A DNA stretch of 64,000 nt from Eledone cirrhosa (taxonomy: Eukaryota). Position numbers and translations under genes: made by a program. Positions within the stretch are counted from its first letter, which is position 1. Every line of letters begins with the position of its first letter. Positions 1 to 11,895 of this stretch are shown here, piece by piece. Where the stretch lies: positions 4,030,001-4,094,000 of the forward strand of contig OZ024763.1 in NCBI GenBank assembly GCA_964016885.1, read 5' to 3'. Under the pieces are notes generated by a model that was given only the letters and a program-made list of their open reading frames with translations, searched no databases and had not been told where the DNA came from.

Positions 1-103
1 CAATGTAATTACATTATTATTATTATCAAAATAAAGTACCAGTAATACACTGAGATAATTGCTGGCCTTGTGCTAAAAGCAGAAACAATTACTATTATTA
101 TTA

Positions 104-300
104 AGAGCAGTAGATTGGCAGAATCGGTAGAGCGTCAGACACCATGCTTTGCAACATAGAGTTATGGCCCTTTGCCTTCTGAGTTCAAATCTCGCCGAGG
201 TTAACTTTGCCTTTCATCCTTACGGGGTCGATAAAATAAAGTACCAGTAATGTACTGGGGTAATTGCTGGCCTTGTGTCTAAAGTAGAAACAATTATTAT
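104..300 (+). mobile_element. SINE family A copy (CYP intron)
   Basis: Same head, middle and tail as 57575-57758. Confidence 0.8.
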
Positions 301-350
301 TATTGTTGAAATTTGTTTACATGCAACCCCACACCTACATGCAACCCCAC

Positions 351-1027
351 ATGATTGTTAAGGTATATGATTGTTAAGTTATATGATTGTTAAGTTATAT
401 GATTGTTATGGTATATGATTGTTAAGGTACTTGATTGTTAAGGTACATGATTGTTAAGGTACATGATTGTTAAGGTACATGATTGTTAAGTTACATGATT
501 GTTAAGGTATATGATTGTTATGGTATATGATTGTTAAGGTACTTGATTGTTAAGGTACATGATTGTTAAGGTACATGATTGTTAAGTTACATGATTGTTA
601 AGTTACATGATTGTTAAGGTATATGATTGTTATGGTATATGATTGTTAAGGTACTTGATTGTTAAGGTACATGATTGTTAAGGTACATGATTGTTAAGGT
701 ACATGATTGTTAAGTTACATGATTGTTAAGTTACATGATTGTTAAGGTATATGATTGTTATGGTATATGATTGTTAAGGTACTTGATTGTTAAGGTACAT
801 GATTGTTAAGGTACATGATTGTTAAGTTACATGATTGTTAAGTTACATGATTGTTAAGGTATATGATTGTTATGGTATATGATTGTTAAGGTACTTGATT
901 GTTAAGGTACATGATTGTTAAGGTACATGATTGTTAAGGTACATGATTGTTAAGGTATATGATTGTTATGGTACATGATTGTTAAGTTATATGATTGTTA
1001 AGGTATATGATTGTTAAGGTATATGAT
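351..1027. repeat. 16-bp minisatellite (ATGATTGTTAAGGTAC), ~42 units
   Basis: Direct inspection; ends about 12 nt before the CYP acceptor. Confidence 0.95.
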
Positions 1028-1039
1028 GTTATGTTGCAG

Positions 1040-1177
1040 GACACAGAGGGAGTGTAAGAACGAATGTGTAATCAAAGGGATTCAAATACCACAAGGTATG
1101 TCGCTACTTATTCCAATTCGGACATTACACTACGATGAGAAATACTGGCCAAGTCCTCACACCTTCGATCCACAAAG
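1040..1177 (+). CDS. CYP exon (TQRECKNECVIKGIQIPQG...TFDPQR)
   Basis: Acceptor ttgcag| at 1039, donor |gtaag at 1178; 138 nt, phase 2/2. Confidence 0.9.
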
Positions 1178-2209
1178 GTAAGACACAATATTAATATTAT
1201 GATCGGTGGAGCGTCGGACACCATGCTTTGCAGCATGGAGTTATGGCCCTTTGCGTTCTGAGTTCAAATTCCTGCCGAGCTTAGCTTTGCCTTTCATCCT
1301 TACGGGGGTCAATAAAATAAAGCACCAGTAATGTACTGGGGGGTAATTGCTGGCCTTGTGCCAAAAGTAGAAAAAATATTATGATTATTATTATTGTTGC
1401 TCTTGTTTGTTGTTGTTGTTCCACCCCACCCCTCTCTCTCACATTCTCTTTCACACTCTCTCTCTCTCTTTCCCCCCTCTCTCTCACATGCACTCTCTCT
1501 CTCTCACACACATTCACCATCCCCCTCGCTCTCAACCCCCTGTCTCTCCTTTTCTCTTTCCCTCACACTCTCTCTCATCCCCCCCCCCTCTCTCTCACAT
1601 GCACTCTCTCTCTCACATTCACCATCCCCCCTCGCTCTCAACCCCCTGTCGCCCCCCTTTCTCTTTCACCCCCCTCTCTCTCACATGCACTCTCTCTCTC
1701 TCACATTCACCATCCCCCCTCGCTCTCAACCCCCTGTCGCCCCCTTTCTCTTCCCCCCTCTCTCTCTCACATGCACTCTCTCTCTCTCTCTCACACACAT
1801 TCACCATCCCCTCGCTCTCAACCCCCTGTCTCCCCCTTTCTCTTTCCCTCACACTCTCTCTCATTCCCCCCTCTCACCCCCACCCACCCCCACCCCTCTC
1901 AACTGATTAGATAAACATTAAGATTATTTCAACAATTATTTCTCCAGATTTAATGAAGAAGGCCGAGCTCACCAGACCCCGTTTACCTACGCTCCATTCG
2001 GACATGGCCCCAGAATGTGTATCGGAATAAGACTGGCAAAGCTTCAGAGTAAACTGGCCATCATTGAAGTACTCAAGAGGTTCCGGGTGGTTGTGACAGA
2101 AAAAACAGAAGTAAGCAATCTTTCTTCTTCTTTTTCACCTGCTTATTCTGGGGGAAGGGGTGAGCAGTGTCCTCAGAGTGTTTTAACAAGTAACATCACA
2201 TCTCTCTGT

Positions 2210-2262
<53 letters not shown>

Positions 2263-2994
2263 CTTAAACGATCGACTTTCGTCAAATCGGACCGAGGGAA
2301 CAGTGTTTCCGTTGGTCTTTCCAATTGCTAATACTATCTATCGGTCACAACTCCAGGTAGAAGGAGCAACGTGAAATAAAGTGTCTTGCTCAAGGACATA
2401 ACGCGTCGCCTGGTCCAGGAATCGAACACCACAACCTTACGATTGCGAATCCAATTCTCTAACCACTCAGCCACACGCCTTCACTATATATATATATATA
2501 TATGATAATAATGGAGATGCGGCGCTGCAAATGGGTTACATATGAAACCCTAGCGTCCCCTTTATTTACGTGTCCCAACGACATTTTTTTAGCCGTTGCT
2601 CGCACCAACCTGAGGTATATGGCCTTTAATGCGACGAAATGCCTACGACGGTTGGATGGCCACTGATGAGGACAAACTTTTTCATATATATATACGCCAG
2701 ACAGTCCTATACGAGCAAGAGAACCAATCTTGCCTCAAGTGGGAAAATTCCCGTCCAAACCCATGCTAGCGTGGAAGATGGAAGTTAAACGATGATGATG
2801 ATGATGACATATATACCCACACTGTAAATGTTGGTGTTAAGAAGGGCATCCACCCGTAGAAAACCAGCCAGAAACCACCCTATATGAGCGAGACACGGTC
2901 ACCCGACCCAACTTGCCTCAAAATAGGACCCATCTAACCCATGCTAGCATGGAAGGTGGATGTTAATCGATGATATATATATATATATATATAT

Positions 2995-3029
<35 letters not shown>

Positions 3030-3820
3030 TAGATATAGATATAGGCACATGGCTTAGTGGTTAGAGCATTGGCCTTGCAATCAAAAGGTTGTGCGTTCAA
3101 TTCTCAGACCGGGTGATGTGTTGTTTCCTTGAGCAAGACACTTTATTTCACATTGCTCCAGTTTACTCAGCTGTAGAAATGAGATGATAGGGACTGGGGT
3201 CCCTATCATTCCACTGCAAAGTGGTCATGGAGGTGCCACCTCAAAAAAGCACCCAGCACTCACTGTAAATGAGGTTGGTGTTAGGAAGGGCATCCAGCTG
3301 TAGAAATCAAGCCAGAATCAGTTCCCGTCCCACCCTTGCAAGCAGGGAAAAAAGCGGACGTAAAATGAAATGATGATGATGATATACATATATATATATA
3401 TCATCACCATCATCGTTTAATGTTCACTTTCCACTCTAGCATGGGTTAGACGGGTTGTCCCATCAGAGGGTCAGGTGACCGTGCCTTGCTTATATAGAAC
3501 TTTTTCTGGCAAGATTTCTACAGCTGGGTGCCCTTTGTAATGCCAACCACATTTACAGTGTGGGCTGGGTGCCTTTTGTGATACCTACACAATCACTTTA
3601 CAGTGCTATGGTCTTGTGGAATGGAGTGGGAGGGTGGGTGTAGGGGCGTGGGGATTGGTGACAGGAAATACTTCATTTTTTTAAATCCTTGTTGTTGTTG
3701 ATGGTTTTAAGAATGTTTGATTTATGTATATATTATTTTTCACAGGATCCAACTGTGTTCAGAACGAGTGAAATCCTGTCGGCCAAGAATGGAATTTGGC
3801 TCAAGTTTGTTCCACGCTAA
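1040..3820 (+). CDS. Cytochrome P450, clan 3 (CYP3A-like); 3' part only, exons 1040-1177, 1948-2110, 3746-3820
   Basis: The spliced translation gives ..HYDEKYWPSPHTFDPQR|FNEEG..YAPFGHGPRMCIGIRLA..VTEKTE|DPTV..KNGIWLKFVPR*. It contains the PERF-like motif and the FxxGxRxCxG heme-binding motif. Splice sites are GT-AG with compatible phases, and the last two intron positions resemble CYP3A. Upstream exons lie outside the window. Confidence 0.92.
1425..1900. repeat. CT-rich imperfect tandem repeat
   Basis: Recurrent ctctctcacatgcactctc..cacattcaccatccccctcgctctcaacccc units. Confidence 0.85.
1948..2110 (+). CDS. CYP heme-binding exon (FGHGPRMCIG)
   Basis: Acceptor tctccag|, donor |gtaag at 2111; carries the heme Cys motif. 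Confidence 0.95.
3044..3385 (+). mobile_element. tRNA-derived SINE family B with RTE-like tail
   Basis: tRNA-like head, middle ccttgagcaagacactttatttcacattgctccag, and a tail aggaagggcatccagctgtagaaa..ggacgtaaaa(tga)n shared with the RTE 3' UTR. Confidence 0.85.
3746..3820 (+). CDS. CYP terminal exon (DPTVFRTSEILSAKNGIWLKFVPR*)
   Basis: Acceptor tttttcacag|, phase 0; typical CYP C-terminus; TAA at 3818-3820. Confidence 0.85.
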   Translation, partial: DPTVFRTSEILSAKNGIWLKFVPR

Positions 3821-3866
3821 AGTAACACAACTTCAAGAGGAATATTTTACTAAACTTCATATAACA

Positions 3867-4202
3867 TGGAAAGAGATAGAAGGCTAAACAATGCAAAATA
3901 GACTGTAAGATGTGGTAACGAAAAAGTGAGTTACCTGATAATCTTTGTTTTGTTTTTTGTTGTTGCTGTTATTTCTTCTGTCCTAATATTTCGGGACCTA
4001 AAATGATCTCTTCAGAGTTTAAGCAACATTATTCTCAAAAAGTTCCTTAAACTCTGAAGAAGGGAATTTTAAGTCCCGAAATATTAGGACAGAAGAAAGA
4101 ACAGCAACAACAAAAACAAAACAAAGATTACCAGGTAACTTACTTTTTCGTTAACTCATCTTACAGTCCATTCTGCATTGTTTAGCCTTCTATCTCTTTC
4201 CA
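3867..4202. repeat. Long inverted repeat just downstream of the CYP stop codon
   Basis: Arms 3867-4023 and 4046-4202, with a 22-nt spacer and scattered mismatches. Confidence 0.9.
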
Positions 4203-5984
4203 CTTTATATATTATATACAAGGCTTCAAGCAAACTACATTTTATTAAACTTGATTTCATTCTCAAATCTAACAAATTAATAATTTACTTCAAAGAATCT
4301 ATGCTTTTAATCTTAAGAAAACATACATATTTTTCTGTGAAGCGTTTCTATAAAGTGGCCACAATGCATGTTTAACTATAAAATAATTGAATAAAATGGG
4401 TAAATAAAAGTATTTAGCATTGGAATGAGAGGTAAGTGGCCGGATATTGCTTTAGTGTAATGGTAAGCCAGCTGTCCAATATATAACAGATCCAAGATCA
4501 TTTGTGTGGGAACCAATATTGATGTATTTTAAAAGTATCTTAGCTTATTGTAAGCTGCTACAATGCAAGGTTAATTATAAAATAGTTGAACAAGCTGGCC
4601 ATATAAACCTCTAGAGATGGGAAAATGGGGACAGTGATGTAGGAGGAAAATAAATTCACATCAGCCATATGCCAGGCGGCTGATTTCCCATGACACTAAA
4701 GCAAGGCAGACCACTTACTATTAATTTAGTTATGTGTATTGTGGTCACTATGCTATGAAATATATATATATATATACATATGTGTACTGGTATCTACCTG
4801 TCTACAAAGACGGTGAGATATATCTATAGTGTTACCTAACTACTATTGATTAGTCACTATATTGATTTATCATAACCAATCAACCTGCTGAAATATTCAT
4901 AAAACAATGAACTGATTGAACAGAAAACTTTGCCTTATGTTTTCATCATTCAGCTCACATATATATATACATGTGTGTGTGTACACATACATACACATAT
5001 ATACACATATATACATACATGCACATATATACATACATATATACATACACATATATACATACATATATACATACACATATATACATACATATATACATAC
5101 ACATATATACATACACATATATATATATATACATACACATATATATATACATACACATATATATATACATACACATATATATATACATACATACATACTC
5201 ATATAGACATACATACATACACACATATATAGATGCATACATACTCATATAGACATACATACACATATATACATACATATATACATTCACACACATGCAC
5301 TCATGCACATACATACATACACATACATACACACATAAATACATACATACACATACATACACACATAAATACATACAGACAAACAAACTTACTTGAAAAT
5401 CATATGACAGGGTCTGTTATTAAAAATATTGTAATGGAACAAACTACCTGCATCAGTTGTTGGCTGTCGAGACACTGCATCCTTTAAGGCCTCCATGCTT
5501 CCCGAGATCCGCCAACACTACAGCTAACACATACACACATGTACTTCCCTGACATTTGTGTATTATTCTATGTACTATACATACACCTTTGACGAGTTGT
5601 AGTGCACCTGAGCACTTTACACAATAATTTCATTATTATTATTTTTATTTGTAATGAAAGAGTTAAGATTTTGGCTTTTTCAAATTCCTTTGCTTATTAT
5701 AATCAGAGATAATGTTATCAGCCAGATTTTGTTATAAAAACACTCTTGCCCTGATCACAATAAGCAGCTTTTACTGTATAATCAAATTATTTTTCTTATA
5801 AAATATACTTTTATAATTCAAATATTATTCTGAAGAATTTGTATTACTGTAATAAAATATAAGATGAGTTTAAAACCAAACAAGACTTGCTTTAGGCTGG
5901 ATTATTCTACTGTTGGTTAAATGTATCAGCCTACTTATCATATATGTGTGTATGTGTGTGTATTCAGATACATCTATATATATA

Positions 5985-6016
<32 letters not shown>

Positions 6017-6084
6017 TTGAGATATACATCTATATATATATATATCTATATATATATATATATAGATAGATATTGAGATATACA

Positions 6085-6120
<36 letters not shown>

Positions 6121-6146
6121 TAGATAGATAGATATTGAGATATACA

Positions 6147-6176
<30 letters not shown>

Positions 6177-6177
<1 letters not shown>

Positions 6178-6376
6178 GAACGAGTAGGACCCCGACGGCT
6201 AAGCTCAAGCCGTTTCGACGGCTAATTCTGGACCAGAATTGGTCCAGAATTAGCCGTCGAAACGGCTTGAGCTCAGCTGTCTGGGTCCTACTTGTTCCTA
6301 TTACCCCCTCTACTACCTTAAGTATTGAGTACTTTGGTGCATTATGGTCTACCTGGTTCCTTACCACATTTCCTCC

Positions 6377-6380
<4 letters not shown>
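6177..6380. mobile_element. (TA)n-embedded fold-back element, family F1 (other copies 11390-11580, 42723-42868, 52757-52900)
   Basis: Palindrome ..gtttcgacggct..agccgtcgaaac.. plus a conserved unique tail (agtattgagtac..ggttccttaccaca). Confidence 0.7.
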
Positions 6381-6419
<39 letters not shown>

Positions 6420-6994
6420 TATATATATATATATATATTATTTATATATATATATATATATTATTTATATATATATATATATATATTATTTATATATATA
6501 TATATATATATTATTTATATATATATATATATATATTATTTATATATATATATATATATATTATTTATATATATATATATATATTATTTATATATATATA
6601 TATATTATTTATATATATATATATATATTATTTATTTATATATATATATATTATTTATTTATATATATATATATTATTTATATATAATTTATATTATTTA
6701 TATATATATATATATTATTTATATATATATATATATTATTTATATATATATATATTATTTATATATATATATATATATTATTTATATATATATATATATA
6801 TTATTTATATATATATATATATATTATTTATATATATATATATATATATTATTTATATATATATATATATATTATTTATATATATATATATATATTATTT
6901 ATATATATATATATATATATTATTTATATATATATATATATATATTATTTATATATATATATATATATATTATTTATATATATATATATATATA

Positions 6995-7030
<36 letters not shown>

Positions 7031-7486
7031 TATATATATATATATATATTATTTATATATATATATATATATATATTATTTATATATATATATATATATA
7101 TTATTTATATATATATATATTATTTATATATATATATATTATTTATATATATATATATTATTTATATATATATATATATATTATTTATATATATATATAT
7201 ATATTATTTATATATATATATATATTATTTATATATATATATATATTATTTATATATATATATATATTATTTATATATATATATATATTATTTATATATA
7301 TATGATATTTATATATGTTATTTATATATATATTATTTATATATATATTATTTATATATATATTATTTATATATATATTATTTATATATATATTATTTAT
7401 ATATATATTATTTAAATATATATTATTTCTATATATATTATTTCTATATATATTATTTAAATATATATATTTATATATATATTATT

Positions 7487-7520
<34 letters not shown>

Positions 7521-7745
7521 ATATTATTTATATATATATATATTATTTATATATATATATATTATTTATATATTATTTATATATATATTATTTAAATATA
7601 TATATTTATATATATATTATTTATATATATATATATATATTATTTATATATATATATATTATTTATATATATATATATTATTTATATATATATTATTTAT
7701 ATATATATTATTTATATATATTATTTATATATATATATAATATTT
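6378..7745. repeat. (TA)n / TATTT compound microsatellite
   Basis: Direct inspection. Confidence 0.95.
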
Positions 7746-8262
7746 GAGAAAAAACATGTCTATTTATGTGGCCATGGTCATCTCTTCGAAAGCTGTTGAT
7801 GCTGCCATTGTTGTATAAATTGATCTTGTTTTAAAAGTTGGTGATTGAATGCATCTAGCTGAAAAGGAAAAACAATTGTTTTCTATATAGAGCGTGTATG
7901 TGTGTATGCATGTTTATTATTTGTCCATACGAAGCTAAGAGGATATGTGTGTGTATATATAAGTTTAAGAAAGTATGTGTGTGTGTGTTAGTAAGTACAA
8001 AGATGTGAAGATATGTGTGTGTGTGTGTGTTAGTAAGTACAAAGATGTGAAGATATGTGTGTGTGTGTGTGTTAGTAAGTACAAAGATGTGAAGATATGT
8101 GTGTGTGTTAGTAAGTACAAAGATGTGAAGATGTGTGTGTGTGTGTTAGTAAGTACAAAGATGTGAAGATATGTGTATGTATATAAGCATGTGTGTGTTA
8201 GTTATTGGTCTGTACAGAGCTGTGAAGGTAAGTGTAGAGATGTGTGTGTTTGTTGTTGATCT

Positions 8263-8294
<32 letters not shown>

Positions 8295-8592
8295 GTGCGT
8301 GTATCGACCCATAACTCCTGCTGGTGATGTAGGAACGCTGTAATAGATCCAGGCTAAATATGAAAAGGAGGTTCCATTTTAAACTCCTCATTAAGTAGAC
8401 ATAATTTATGTATTGGTTATAGATATATACTTGTACATATAGTGTACTTCATGTTCTAACATGTAACATAATTTATGTATGGGTTATACATGTGTGTGGG
8501 GGAACATATAGGTTACATAGGGTATTTTCATGACAGAACAGAGTAAAAGAAAAAGTACTTGAATTAATCAGGACCCCTCAGAAGTGTAGAGC

Positions 8593-9440
8593 TTCTGGGT
8601 ATTTAACACCCTAGGCTAATTCTACAATGTGTCTTGCTATCAATCACCCTTGGCTAGCTCTACAATGTGTGACTTGGTATTTAACACCCTTGGCTAGCTC
8701 TACAATGTCTGTCTTGGTATTTAACACCCTTGGCAAGCTCTACAATGTCTGTCTTGGTATTTAACACCCTTGGCTAGCTCTACAATGTCTGTCTTGGTAT
8801 TTAACACCCTTGGCTAGCTCTACAATGTCTGTCTTGGTATTTAACACCCTTGGCTAGCTCTACATTGTGTGTCTTGGTATTTAACACCCTTGGCAAGCTC
8901 TACATTGTGTGTCTTGGTATTTAACACCCTTGGCTAGCTCTACATTGTGTGTCTTGGTATTTAGCACACTTGGCTAGCTCTACAATGTGTGTCTTGGTAT
9001 TTAACACCCTTGGCTAGCTCTACATTGTGTGTCTTGGTATTTAACACCCTTGGCAAGCTCTACATTGTGTGTCTTGGTATTTAACACCCTTGGCTAGCTC
9101 CACATTGTGTGTCTTGGTATTTAACACCCTTGGCTAGCTCTACATTGTGTGACTTGGTATTTAACACCCTTGGCTAGCTCTACATTGTGTGTCTTGGTAT
9201 TTAACACCCTTGGCTAGCTCTACATTGTGTGACTTGGTATTTAACACCCTTGGCTAGCTCTACATTGTGTGTCTTGGTATTTAACACCCTTGGCTAGCTC
9301 TACAATGTGTGTCTTGGTATTTAACACCCTTGGCTAGCTCTACAATGTGTGTCTTGGTATTTAACACCCTTGGCAAGCTCTACAATGTGTGTCTTGATAT
9401 CAATCACCCTTGGCTAGCTCTACAATGCATGTCTTGTTAT
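8593..9440. repeat. 40-bp minisatellite upstream of SRPRB, ~21 units
   Basis: Unit TTGGTATTTAACACCCTTGGCTAGCTCTACA(A/T)TGTGTGTC. Confidence 0.95.
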
Positions 9441-9717
9441 TCTGCCACCTTAACAAGCCCTAGAATGTGCACCTTATTCTTCCAAATAAAATAATTTCAA
9501 CTTAATACTTACTTCATAACCTGCTCACCTTCACAGGCACTGAAACCCCTCCCCATTTGCCCACATACCTGCCACCCCAACTTAACACTGATTAAACTAT
9601 TTACGTTACAATTAAGACTATAACTTCTGTATGACATTTTAAATCTCCGAGTTACAACAAAGAAGGGGAGATCACTCTCACCAGATTGATTACGTGTATA
9701 TTTCAGTTATCAGCAAG

Positions 9718-9856
9718 ATGGCGGCACCGGAGACACGACATGTTGAAGTAGAGAAGAATGTCAATACACTAGATTTTCTGAAGGACAAGTTCAATAATCT
9801 AGATCAAGATAGTCTCGGTCTCCTAGTTGCATTAGCAGTTGGTGTGATCAGCCTTC
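9718..9856 (+). CDS. SRPRB: SRPRB exon 1
   Basis: ATG in caagATGG context; donor gtaagt at 9857; phase 1. Confidence 0.85.
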
Positions 9857-10360
9857 GTAAGTACTTCCTGTCTGCTGTTATCATATGATGTCTTAAAAAC
9901 GTCGTAATTCTCTTTACAATATGTCACATGCATATACTGTGTTTCCCCTATTATAAGATCTGCTCCCAAAATAAGCCCCAACGTGATTTTTATGTTGTTG
10001 TCCAATATAAACCCTAGCGCATTTTTGCGAGAAAATAATAATATAAAACGCAGATTTCCAGAGTTTTTGTAATATAATAAATTCTTTTAATGATAGTTTT
10101 TAACTCTATAATTTATATCCGTTATTTTTATTATTTTTGACATCAGTATAATGATACTTTTATCAAAACTCTTGTACTGTTATTTTTTATGTAAAAAAAA
10201 AATAAGCCCTATCCCGAAAATAAGTCCTAGTGCCTTTTCTTTTAGGAAAAAACAATTTAAGACCTGTCTTTTAATAGGGGGTGTGTAAAGAATATGATAG
10301 ATTTTCACGTCAAATAAGTCTCAAAGTTTCATACTTGCTTAATTACTTCGTAAGCGTATT

Positions 10361-10408
<48 letters not shown>

Positions 10409-10571
10409 TGGAAGTGGAGGATATACCGCGAGTTCGGCAGTTTCGTCTATTTACCTCTTCAAAACTGCCGAACTTACGGTAGGTCCTCTACCGCCACTAA
10501 AATACCCACTCTGCATCTTACCATGTGTCGAGTACGTCTTTGGTCTTTCCGGTAACAGTACCGCAAACGAA

Positions 10572-10621
<50 letters not shown>

Positions 10622-10819
10622 TAAAATAACAGATTAAAGTTTAAGCAAAGAATCGCTGCTTTCACCCTTAACGGGATCTTAAGGGTGAAAGCAGCGATTC
10701 TTTGCTTAAACTTTAATCTGTTATTTTAATAAATATTTGCTCTACGGTTCTTATATATTTGATATATATTTATCCTTATCGAGCCCTCTTTGGATTTTAG
10801 TCTTCAAATTTATTATTAT

Positions 10820-10862
<43 letters not shown>

Positions 10863-11852
10863 GTGAAAAATTGAACGGGAACAAAACAGAGAGGCAGTAC
10901 GAACAAAGGTTTATTAATTTCACGCTCTTGAGAGTGGGGTGGTGGTGGGGAACGACGTTTCCGGCATAAGCCCTTCTTCAGGTGAAAAGTGTGTGGGAAG
11001 AGAGTTCAAAAGGTGTGTAGGGGAGTGGTGGAGAGACATATAGCAAAAAGGGGGTGACAGGAAACGGTGCAAATGAAATTAAAAATAAAATTAAAATGGG
11101 GTAAAACAGGTGGTGGAAGGTTGTGGGGTGGTGGCAGGTGGAGTGTGGAGAGCTGAAGGTGGTGTGTGTGTGTATATGTGAAAGCAAGGGTTGGGGGAAG
11201 AACGGGGTTGCATGTTCAGGAAGGGGTGTGTGTGGGGTGGGGTGGGGTGTAGGTCGGAGTGTGTGTGCGTGTGTGGATAGAGGGGTGGGGGAGAGGATTC
11301 CGGAGGCTGAATGTGTAAATATGTGGTGGTACGCACGTGTGTGTGTTGTGGATGTAGGTGGCGTGTGGGGAAAAAAAAATATATATATATAACGAAAAAG
11401 GTGTGGTAAGGAACCAGATGGACCAGAACGCACCAGAGTACTCAATACTTAGGGTAGTAGAGTGGGTAATAGGAAAATGTTTAACCCCAGCGTCAGAACT
11501 CAAGACGTTTCGACGGCTGAGTCCAGAAATAGCCGTCGAAACGGCGTGAGCTCTGCCGTCGGGGTTAAACATTTTCCTATATATATATATATATATATGA
11601 GAGAGGGAGATAGTCTGAGCGCAAAGCGAGGTTTTTTTGGTGATGGTGATAGTGATGATATCAGATTCATTTATATATTTAAGAATAACAATGGGTTGGG
11701 CCGTGCATTGATGATAGATTTTTCAAGAAAATGAAATGAAAATATCTCGTCAGATTCACCGGATTCATTTGAAATCATTGAAATAGTTCTAGTCCTGTAG
11801 AAATAATTTCTATATGAAATAAATATGTACTTTCTCTACCTCTTTGGAAAAC

Positions 11853-11895
<43 letters not shown>

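Noticed and set aside
2600-2680. Hammerhead-like words (ccaac-ctgaggt..gaaa..gttgg; ctgatgag)
   Set aside because: The core is mutated and stems II and III do not form, so it is too degenerate to call.
3044-3115. tRNA-like sequences at SINE heads
   Set aside because: They have A/B boxes but no complete cloverleaf, and they continue into SINE bodies.
6135-7747. Tyr/Ile-rich ORFs (also at 37.5-38, 41.5-43, 47.8-48.7 and 60-63.7 kb)
   Set aside because: They are translations of (TA)n microsatellites.
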